DNA of 40,000 nucleotides from Noviherbaspirillum sp. ST 5-3 (GTDB lineage Bacteria; Pseudomonadota; Gammaproteobacteria; Burkholderiales; Burkholderiaceae_D): NCBI RefSeq assembly GCF_046267815.1, contig NZ_CP176528.1, positions 8,698 to 48,697 of the forward strand, read 5' to 3'. Shown piece by piece: positions 32,420 to 40,000 of this stretch (position 1 is its first letter; each line of letters starts with the position of its first letter). The notes under the pieces were generated by a model. It saw only the letters and a program-made list of their open reading frames with translations, ran no database searches and was not told where the DNA came from. The position numbers and the translations under genes were made by a program.

Positions 32420-34063
32420 TCAGGCCGTCAGGCGCCAGGTCGCCGGTTCCTCCAGCACAAGGGTTTCATCCGAAGCAGCAAGGCGTAGCGCGGCTCGGCC
32501 GTGCGCCAGTTCCGTTGGGGCAAAACGGAAGCGCGATACCGAGGCCGACACGCGCATCGATTGCGCGGTCAGATCGTCGATGGCGCGCACCGCATCCTGC
32601 ACCAGGTCGGAATTCTGATGCGTCGTTTCGTCGATCCGGTCGATTGACTGGCCGATAGTCAGCAAGTCTTCGGTCTGGCTGTCGCTCGCGGTCTTGATGT
32701 GCGCGACGATCGCCGTGACTTCGTTGATGCTGGTCACGATCTGCTGCATGGTCGCGCCGGCCTGGTCGGCCAGCGTGCTGCCGGTCGCGATCCGCTCGAC
32801 CGACTGCGTGATCAACTCGCGGATTTCCTTCGCTGCCGTCGCGGATCGCTGCGACAGCGTCCGCACTTCAGAGGCGACCACCGCGAAGCCGCGGCCGTGC
32901 TCGCCGGCGCGTGCTGCTTCCACGGCGGCGTTGAGCGCGAGGATGTTGGTCTGGAAGGCGATGTTGTCGATGAGGCTGATGATCTCGACGATGCGCCTGG
33001 ACGAGGCATTGATCGATCCCATCGTGCGCACCACCTCGGACACGACGGCGCCGCCCTCGGTGGCGACTTGGGCCGCGCCGGCGGCAAGCTGGTGCGCCTG
33101 CTGGGTATGTTCGGCATTGCGCTTGACCGTTGTCGTCATGGCTTCCATCGAACCGGTGATGGCGCGCACCGATTCCGCCTGCGCGACGGTGCGGCACGAC
33201 AGGTCTTCATTGTCGCGCGCGATGTCGGTCAGCGCACCGTCGATCTCGGCGACGCCGCCCTGGATGTCGCGCGCCATGTGCGACAGGTTTTCATTCATCT
33301 GCTGCAGGGCACGCATCAGCTCGCTGATTTCGTCGCGTCCCGGCGCATGGATGGTGGAGCTCAGGTCACCCTCCGCCACGCGCGTGGCCACCGTCGCGGC
33401 GTCGCGCAGCGGCAGCACGATGCTGCGCGACAGGACCACCGCGAGGAAGCCGCTGACCAGCACGGCCGCGCCGCCGACGCCGATCAGAATCAGGACGCTG
33501 TTGGTGAACAGGTCGTTCGACTCCTGCGCCATGCGGTTGGCCTGCGCCTGCTGATATTCGCCGAGCGATCGGAGTGCCGCCTCGTAGTTCGCCAGCGAGC
33601 TGTCAAGGCGCGAGGACACCAGTTGTTCGACTTCGATGGTCTTGCCGATCGCCTTCAGCCGGAAGACTTCGGTGCGCGTCGTCAGGTAGGCATTCTCTGC
33701 TTCGGTAATCCGGTCCATCAGCTGCGCCTCTGCGGCGCTTGAGGCGGACTTGCGGATGGACGCGCCGAGTTCCGTGATCAGCCTGTCGCCGTCGACGAGC
33801 TGCTTCTCGTAGTAGTCGCCCAGTTCCAGGCTGTCGCTCTTGGCAATCGCGGTTGCGCGGGTGGCATTCAGGGCGACCGCGTTTTGCCATGACGCGACGC
33901 GCTGCAGCCCGGCGAGTTTTTCATTGACCAGGACCTTGGCCATGCGATCCACCGAGTACAGCCGCCAGACCGACAGCCCGGTCGTGAATGTCATGAGGGC
34001 GAGAATGCATGCAAATGCCAGCATCAACCGGGTTTCGATACGCGCGAGCCGAAAATTCATCAT
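32420..34063 (-). CDS. Methyl-accepting chemotaxis protein
   Basis: Start at MMNFRLARIETRLMLAFACILAL (TM1). Periplasmic helical sensor, TM2, HAMP, then the conserved signalling hairpin ...IDNIAFQTNILALNAAVEAARAGEHGRGFAVVASEVRTLSQRSA... Confidence 0.9.
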   Translation of the reverse strand: MMNFRLARIETRLMLAFACILALMTFTTGLSVWRLYSVDRMAKVLVNEKLAGLQRVASWQNAVALNATRATAIAKSDSLELGDYYEKQLVDGDRLITELGASIRKSASSAAEAQLMDRITEAENAYLTTRTEVFRLKAIGKTIEVEQLVSSRLDSSLANYEAALRSLGEYQQAQANRMAQESNDLFTNSVLILIGVGGAAVLVSGFLAVVLSRSIVLPLRDAATVATRVAEGDLSSTIHAPGRDEISELMRALQQMNENLSHMARDIQGGVAEIDGALTDIARDNEDLSCRTVAQAESVRAITGSMEAMTTTVKRNAEHTQQAHQLAAGAAQVATEGGAVVSEVVRTMGSINASSRRIVEIISLIDNIAFQTNILALNAAVEAARAGEHGRGFAVVASEVRTLSQRSATAAKEIRELITQSVERIATGSTLADQAGATMQQIVTSINEVTAIVAHIKTASDSQTEDLLTIGQSIDRIDETTHQNSDLVQDAVRAIDDLTAQSMRVSASVSRFRFAPTELAHGRAALRLAASDETLVLEEPATWRLTA

Positions 34064-34254
34064 GTTCCTGTCGTGATTTGAATTCCACGTAGAGTAAGAA
34101 ACTATTGCTACATGGATATGACATGCAAATGACGGCCGGTTGTGCGCACACATGGAAGGGCGCAATGTCATCAAGCGGTCATGCAATGCGGGCAAGATGT
34201 TTTGCAAACAAGAAATCTTTCCCGTTCGCATTGCCGCTTTTGCATCTGATAACC

Positions 34255-36993
34255 ATGCTGCTTTCGAAGCCGTCCCAATTCCTGCGCAGGCGTTTCCTTG
34301 CCGCGAGCGAGAGCGGGTTTCGGTATGCCTGGCCCCTGCTTCCCATCGTGGTCGGCATCATCGTGTGGATTTCGGTGGACAAGGAAATCGCCAAGGAGCG
34401 GCAATCCTTCGAGCAGTCGCTGGCCTCTTCCGCGCAGTCGATCGCCGCCGGCTATGCGCGCTACCTGACGCGCTCCATCGATCAGATGGACCAGGTCACC
34501 ATGCAGCTCAAATACGACTGGGAGACATCGAAGGGCACGCTCAGGCTCGGCGACCTGGTCGCCAGGGGAATGTTTACGTCGCCGCAGTATGTCGAGGTCG
34601 CGATCATCAATGGCAAGGGCGAGGTGGTGACGACGACCTCCACCGCATCCTTTGCGCAGTCGTATGCCGGGCGAAACTTCTTTCAATGGCACCGCGCGAA
34701 CATTTCCTCCGCGCTGCGCATATCCGCTCCGGAAAACGAGCCGCTGAGCGGCAAGCTGCTGGTTCGCTTCACGCGGCGGCTGGATTCTTCCGATGACGAC
34801 TTTGATGGCGTGGTGATCGTCACCGTCACGTCCGATTATTTTTCGACCTTCTACGATGCCGCTGCGCTCGGTAACCACGGCCTGCTGGCCGTGGTGGGCG
34901 ACGACGGGCGGGTGCGCGCATCGCGGATCGGGAGCAAGGCGTCCGGGGCGGAGCCGGTTGCGTTGACGTACACACCGCGCTTCGGCACGCCGCAGGACGG
35001 CAATCGGTCTTTCGGGAAGGGCGAAGCCTGGCTTGCCCCGGACTGGTTTGTCGATGGCGAGAAACGATTTGTCGCTTGGCGCACACTTTCCGCCTATCCG
35101 GTCACCGTGATGGCAGGATTGTCCGAGCGCGAACAGCTTGCGCCGCTCCAGCGAAAATGGCGCACCTATCGCAGCATGCGCGCCGCAGCCGAAGCGGCGA
35201 TCCTCGCGCTGGCTGTCCTCCTTGCCTATGTCGTCCATCTCATCGAACGCAGAAAGACCAGGCAGAGAAGTGTTCAGGCTGCGTATCGCCTGGCTACCGA
35301 AGCGGGTGAGGAGGGCTTCTACATGCTCTCCCCGATCCGAGACGAGAACCATGCCATTCGCGACTTCCGCATTCTCGACTGCAATGAGCGCGGCGCCGGC
35401 CTGCTCGGCAAGGAAAAAAAGGCGCTGCTCGGGCAGACCTTGTCGGAGAACTACCGGCGGGAAGAGTTTGCCCGTCTGCTCGATGTCTACCTCCGCGCGA
35501 TGGACCTCGGCTCCTATCGCGAAGAAGATGAATTCCAGCCGATCGGATCGCCCACGCCGCGCTGGGTGCGGCGCAAGCTGGTTCGCTCCGGCGGAGAACT
35601 CGCGGTGACGCTGCGCGACATATCGGATGCCAAGGCGCAGGAAGGCAAGCTGATTCGACTCGCCAACACCGACGAGCTGACCGGCCTGCCGAATCGCTCG
35701 TGGTTCATGAAATCGCTGGAAGCAACCATCGCGAAATCGCAGGACGATGTGGTCGCCTTGCTGTTCATCGACCTGGACAAGTTCAAGAACGTCAACGACA
35801 CGCTCGGCCACGCGACCGGCGACAAGGTGCTGCAGGAAGCGGCAGGCAGGTTGCGCCAGGCCTTGCGGCCCTCGGATCACGTCGCTCGCCTCGGCGGGGA
35901 CGAGTTCACCGTGGTACTACGGCAGATCGGCGATGACGCAGAGATTGTCCGGGTCGCGAACCGTATCCTGGCGGCGCTCGCGGCACCGTTCCATGCAGGA
36001 GGCGCGACCATGGAAGTCGGCGCATCGATCGGCATCAGCGTCTATCCGCGCGATGGAACGACGGCCGGCACGCTGCTCAAGCACGCCGACATCGCGATGT
36101 ATTCGGCGAAAGGCAATCGACGTGGCACCTACGCCTTCTATCAGCAAGCCTTGTACGAGGCCCTGAAGACGCGCATCAACACCGAACGCGAGCTGGCCGA
36201 GGCGATCGAACAGGACCAGTTTCTGTTGCACTACCAGCCGCGGGTGGATGCGGCCAGCGGCCGGCTGGTCAGCGTCGAGGCGCTGGTGCGGTGGCGGCAT
36301 CCGGCGCGCGGCATGGTGCCGCCGCTCGAGTTCATCCCGATTGCGGAAAGTACCGGTCTGATCGCGAAGCTTGGCGCACTGGTGCTTGAGAAGGCATGCC
36401 GGCAGATCGCGCAATGGCGTTCCGACGGTCTGCATGCCGTGCCTGTTTCCGTCAACGTGTCGGCTGTCCAGTTTCAGCTTGGCGATGTCGACGACTTGCT
36501 GCGCCGGTGTCTTGCGGAATCCGCAATCTGCCCGAGCCTGATCGAACTCGAAATCACCGAGTCGGCGATGCTGGGCGAGCAAGCGACCATTGTCGATCGC
36601 TTGGCGGCGATTCGCGCGATCGGCGTCAAGATCGCGGTGGACGATTTCGGAACCGGCTATTCCTCGCTTTCGCAATTGCAGCGCCTGGACATGGATGTGC
36701 TGAAAGTGGACCGCGTATTCACCGCGGACCTCGGCCGCTCCGCGGAAAGCCATGTCTTGTTCAAGGCAATCGTCTCGATGGCCCATGCGCTCGACATGAA
36801 AGTCGTCGCCGAAGGCGTTGAAACCGAACTCCAGGCCGGCATGCTGCGGGAACTCGGTTGCGACGAACTCCAGGGCTACCTGATCTCGCGGCCGGTTCCT
36901 GCCGACGATATCGCCGCGCTGCTGCGGCAGCCGCACGGCCTGATCGGCGTGGATGTTGATCAACCCCATCTCCGCCTGATCAAATCCCACTGA
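34255..36993 (+). CDS. Membrane sensor diguanylate cyclase/phosphodiesterase (periplasmic sensor-PAS-GGDEF-EAL)
   Basis: Start at MLLSKPSQFLRRRF. Two TM segments flank a periplasmic domain of about 270 aa. This is followed by a PAS-like region, GGDEF (ARLGGDEFTV) and an EAL domain (SVEALVRW ... ELEITES ... DDFGTGYSSL). Confidence 0.85.
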   Translation: MLLSKPSQFLRRRFLAASESGFRYAWPLLPIVVGIIVWISVDKEIAKERQSFEQSLASSAQSIAAGYARYLTRSIDQMDQVTMQLKYDWETSKGTLRLGDLVARGMFTSPQYVEVAIINGKGEVVTTTSTASFAQSYAGRNFFQWHRANISSALRISAPENEPLSGKLLVRFTRRLDSSDDDFDGVVIVTVTSDYFSTFYDAAALGNHGLLAVVGDDGRVRASRIGSKASGAEPVALTYTPRFGTPQDGNRSFGKGEAWLAPDWFVDGEKRFVAWRTLSAYPVTVMAGLSEREQLAPLQRKWRTYRSMRAAAEAAILALAVLLAYVVHLIERRKTRQRSVQAAYRLATEAGEEGFYMLSPIRDENHAIRDFRILDCNERGAGLLGKEKKALLGQTLSENYRREEFARLLDVYLRAMDLGSYREEDEFQPIGSPTPRWVRRKLVRSGGELAVTLRDISDAKAQEGKLIRLANTDELTGLPNRSWFMKSLEATIAKSQDDVVALLFIDLDKFKNVNDTLGHATGDKVLQEAAGRLRQALRPSDHVARLGGDEFTVVLRQIGDDAEIVRVANRILAALAAPFHAGGATMEVGASIGISVYPRDGTTAGTLLKHADIAMYSAKGNRRGTYAFYQQALYEALKTRINTERELAEAIEQDQFLLHYQPRVDAASGRLVSVEALVRWRHPARGMVPPLEFIPIAESTGLIAKLGALVLEKACRQIAQWRSDGLHAVPVSVNVSAVQFQLGDVDDLLRRCLAESAICPSLIELEITESAMLGEQATIVDRLAAIRAIGVKIAVDDFGTGYSSLSQLQRLDMDVLKVDRVFTADLGRSAESHVLFKAIVSMAHALDMKVVAEGVETELQAGMLRELGCDELQGYLISRPVPADDIAALLRQPHGLIGVDVDQPHLRLIKSH

Positions 36994-37271
36994 GCCTGTC
37001 CGACTGCGTTCGTCGACGAGCCGCGTCGACGTGCGTTGCCTCGATTCTTCCGGAAACGCCACTCCCCGCTACCCGCTGCCGTCGCTGACTGTCTGTGCTG
37101 CGGAAAAGTGCATCTTTCCGCCATTGCCGTGCATGCCCGACCTGATTATTGTTTAATATGTATCGGGCAACTTGCAATGCGGATGCCTTGGCGCGCAACG
37201 ATAGCGATCGTACAAGGTCAGAAGGTCTTCACCATGATTCACATGATTTCCAATAACGCATTCACTCAACC

Positions 37272-38246
37272 ATGAGCTTCCAAAACCTAGACCTGAACCT
37301 GCTGCGCGTTTTCGATGCGGTGATGACGGAGCAGAATCTGACGCGCGCCGCCAATTCGCTCGCGATGACCCAGCCGGCGGTATCGAATGCGCTCAAGCGC
37401 CTGCGCGATGCGCTCGATGACGATCTCCTGATTCGCACCGCGCATGGCGTGCGCGCAACGCCGCGCGCGGAAACCTTGTGGCCGCCGATACGCCAGGCGC
37501 TGGCGTCATTGCAGAATGCCATCGCGCCCGACCTGTTCGACTTGTCGAAAGTGCAAATCACCTTCCGCATGGCCATGGCCGATTCCACGGCGGTGCTGTT
37601 TCTGCCGCCGCTGGTGCGCTCGATCGAGCGCGAGGCACCCGGCATGCGGGTGCAGATGGTGCCGTTGACCACGCGCGAGCCGCGCCCGATGCTGATCCGC
37701 AGCGAAATCGACCTCGCGATCGGTTATTTTCCCGGCGTGCTGGCCCAGATCGCCGGCGCGCAGGGGCCGGTCACGTCCAAGATACGGCATCAGCGCCTGT
37801 ACAGCGGCAAGTACGTATGCGTGATGCGCAAGGATCATCCGCTGGCGGACAAGGACTTGACGCTCGACGCCTATTGCGCGGCACATCACCTGCACGTCAG
37901 CTTCTCCGGCCGCGCGCATGGCCTGGTCGATGATGCGCTGGCCAATCTGGAGCGCGAGCGCACCGTCCTGCTTACCGTCAACCAGTACTTCACGGCGGGC
38001 AAGGTGATTGCCAATTCCGATCTGATCACGGTGCTGCCCTTCCACCTGATCGCCGCGACCGGCATGGCCGAGGTGCTGGTCTGGAAGCGCCTGCCGTTCA
38101 ATCTGCCGGACATCAACGTCGACATGCTCTGGCATGAGCGCGACACGCAAAGCATGGCGCACAAGTGGATCCGCGAACAGATGATCTCGCTGGTGGAAAC
38201 CAGCGGCAGCGGCACCGGCACGAAATCGGAAGTGGACCGGCGCTGA
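37272..38246 (+). CDS. LysR-family transcriptional regulator
   Basis: N-terminal wHTH LNLLRVFDAVMTEQNLTRAANSLAMTQPAVSNALKRLR plus a LysR substrate-binding domain. Confidence 0.9.
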   Translation: MSFQNLDLNLLRVFDAVMTEQNLTRAANSLAMTQPAVSNALKRLRDALDDDLLIRTAHGVRATPRAETLWPPIRQALASLQNAIAPDLFDLSKVQITFRMAMADSTAVLFLPPLVRSIEREAPGMRVQMVPLTTREPRPMLIRSEIDLAIGYFPGVLAQIAGAQGPVTSKIRHQRLYSGKYVCVMRKDHPLADKDLTLDAYCAAHHLHVSFSGRAHGLVDDALANLERERTVLLTVNQYFTAGKVIANSDLITVLPFHLIAATGMAEVLVWKRLPFNLPDINVDMLWHERDTQSMAHKWIREQMISLVETSGSGTGTKSEVDRR

Positions 38247-38378
38247 TCGAGTGAAACCCGCATAGCGCGTGTTGGTAATGCCCATGCAACAACAGGAGCC
38301 TGCAAAATCTGCTGACAATTTTCCGTGCAGAAAGTATATTGGCCATGAGGATTTTTCGCCAATCAGAAAGGACACCCA

Positions 38379-38810
38379 ATGGCACGCACCGACAAATTCA
38401 GACTGCAGCACAATGAACTGATGGCGCTGGCAAACGAGCTTCAGGGCATGCTCAACGAAGACGCCTTGTCCCAGGATGCTGCCGCGGCGCGCCGCTGCCT
38501 CGGCAACCTGATGGGCAAGCTCACCATGCATCTTTCGACCGAGGACAAGGTACTCTACCCGGAACTCGAAGCGAACAAGGATCCGGCAGTGGCAAGCCTT
38601 GCACACCGCTTCGCGTCCGAAATGAAAACCACGGCTGCCAGCATCACCGCGTACAACGGCCGTTGGGGCACGCCGAGCGCGATCAAGGCGAACGCGCACG
38701 CGTTCATCAAGGAAACCAAGGACGTGATCAAGATCCTCGCCGACCGCATCAAGCGCGAGAACCAGGAGTTGTACGCGACGGCGGACCGCAGCGAGGGCAA
38801 GGCGTTCTAG
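38379..38810 (+). CDS. Hemerythrin-like (HHE cation-binding) domain protein
   Basis: 143 aa, helical. Contains H..E-type contexts (LTMHLSTEDKVLYPEL; IKRENQELY). The assignment is tentative. Confidence 0.55.
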   Translation: MARTDKFRLQHNELMALANELQGMLNEDALSQDAAAARRCLGNLMGKLTMHLSTEDKVLYPELEANKDPAVASLAHRFASEMKTTAASITAYNGRWGTPSAIKANAHAFIKETKDVIKILADRIKRENQELYATADRSEGKAF

Positions 38811-38813
38811 CTT

Positions 38814-40000
38814 TCACCTGGATCGCTTGCTTACGAAACTGCTGACTTGAAGTTCTCGGCCTTGCCCGGGAATGCAAACAAGCCCGGAATCCATGTCAAC
38901 CACGTGGCCGGGCGGAAGCGCGCTGTCCACCAGCCCCCATTCGACATACGACGCACGGTTGGCCGTTTCTTGCATTTCGCTGCCTAAAATATTCACCAGT
39001 GAGGAAACAGGCAAGGTACGGATGGTGGCGCCGGGCGCCAGTTCAGTGCTGGAGGCTGCTGCGGCCAGGCCGATGTAGATACCGCCGGAGAGCGTGCCTG
39101 TCACGCGCAGGCGAATGGATACACCTTCGCGCACCAGATGGCGCAGGCTCAATGCCAGGTGAACCAGATACTGCGAGAGAATAATCTCTTCATCCTGCAG
39201 CGAGGTACTGTGGCCGGGGCAATCCATGACGATCGTGAGGGTCTTCATCGCGCCATTCGAGCATGCCGATTCCGCCAGCTCGGCCAGCATGATCGCATCG
39301 GCTGCCCCAAAAGATCTGTCCATCACGCATCGTAGCGTGTCGCCGTCCAGTACGGGGCCTTCGCCGTTACCGAGGGCACGCCTGGCATCCTGCGCACCTG
39401 CCGACAGTCGCTGCGATAGATGGCGACGCTCCAGAAGCAATGCCTCGCGTGTCACGCACGGCGTTATCGGCTTGGCGACCCATGCGCGCACGGCTTCCGC
39501 ATAAGCATCGAGATCGTCGGCGATCAGCTGCTCGGCGTTGCCAACGGCAGCGCGGGAAATGCCATTGATCCGACTTGACACGGTGTCGCGGGATGCGTCG
39601 TCCGTCAGCGCTGCCTGCAGCACGCGCGGCCCTGACATCGCCAGTTGCGTGTTTTCCGAATAAAGGCGCGCATCGGCCGAGAACGACAGCATGCTCGCCG
39701 AGCCAAAGGCATAGCGCCCGATGACGGCGAGCATGGGCACTTCGGCGAGACGGGCGTCCAGCACTTCCCGCATCAATGCACGTATTGCGCCTTGCACAGG
39801 CAATCCCGCCGTAAGGCGGGTGCCGGCGGAATCGATTAACAGCAGAACCGGCGCGCCTGTCGCACGCGCACGCAGCAATGCCCACTTGAAGTCGACACAT
39901 TCGGCAACACCGAAGGTGCCCAGGGCCGCAGCGGGCTCGGTGGCAATGACCAGAACCTTGCGATTGGCAATATGCCCCTCTACGAGGCAAAGATCGGAAT
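38814..40000 (-). CDS. Carboxyltransferase-fold protein, malonate decarboxylase MdcD/MdcE-like fusion; 5' end outside the window
   Basis: The frame stays open to position 40000 (...IANRKVLVIATEPAAALGTFGVAECVDFKWALLRARATGAPVLLLIDSAGTRL...). The second half (..DCPGHSTSLQDEEIILSQYL..LSGGIYIGLAAA..) resembles the alpha-type carboxyltransferase half. The family call is made from memory. Confidence 0.5.
   Translation of the reverse strand, partial: SDLCLVEGHIANRKVLVIATEPAAALGTFGVAECVDFKWALLRARATGAPVLLLIDSAGTRLTAGLPVQGAIRALMREVLDARLAEVPMLAVIGRYAFGSASMLSFSADARLYSENTQLAMSGPRVLQAALTDDASRDTVSSRINGISRAAVGNAEQLIADDLDAYAEAVRAWVAKPITPCVTREALLLERRHLSQRLSAGAQDARRALGNGEGPVLDGDTLRCVMDRSFGAADAIMLAELAESACSNGAMKTLTIVMDCPGHSTSLQDEEIILSQYLVHLALSLRHLVREGVSIRLRVTGTLSGGIYIGLAAAASSTELAPGATIRTLPVSSLVNILGSEMQETANRASYVEWGLVDSALPPGHVVDMDSGLVCIPGQGRELQVSSFVSKRSR

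Overview
GC-rich proteobacterial chromosome segment. The gene content looks Burkholderiales-like (Bug/TctC transporter, Omp32-type porin, DUF4331/ECF cluster), but that is an inference.

(1) 21-4181: a translationally coupled three-gene operon, CHAT protease / helical-repeat protein / CHAT protease. It is followed by a visibly AT-richer islet (about 4.2-5.76 kb) carrying a small orphan gene and an HNH nuclease.

(2) 5.8-18.4 kb: core-type genes. These are an HDAC-family amidohydrolase, a flavin reductase, a DUF4331-lipoprotein-TPR-HupE envelope operon divergent from an ECF sigma/anti-sigma pair, and a porin followed by tctD-tctCBA.

(3) 18.9-27.5 kb: the most structured part, a chromosomal integron.
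- The intI gene (minus strand) is intact apart from one in-frame TAA.
- A CTGT-N8-ACAG LexA box sits in front of it, followed by an attI core.
- Seven promoterless cassettes follow. All seven boundaries obey the circular-cassette rule: the first 6 nt of each cassette are the complement of that cassette's own R'' box.
- Three different mobile elements are inserted in the GTT of three successive attC R' cores: a 1.74-kb IS1182-like IS, a 108-bp MITE with the same termini, and a 1.83-kb En-less group II intron.

(4) 27.7-40 kb:
- an IDH/IPMDH-family dehydrogenase and a PAS-GGDEF protein;
- a small operon of two paralogous double-glycine-leader peptides with Asn/Gln/Val-rich cores, behind a sigma54-like promoter;
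- a 2-hydroxyacid dehydrogenase, an MCP, a sensor GGDEF-EAL protein and a LysR regulator;
- a hemerythrin-like protein and a partial carboxyltransferase.

A REP-like hairpin family (GTCCACGGAA..CACGGAAA) occurs three times. I recognised no rRNA, tRNA or CRISPR array. Many long ORFs in the track are antisense shadows typical of high-GC DNA and were rejected.
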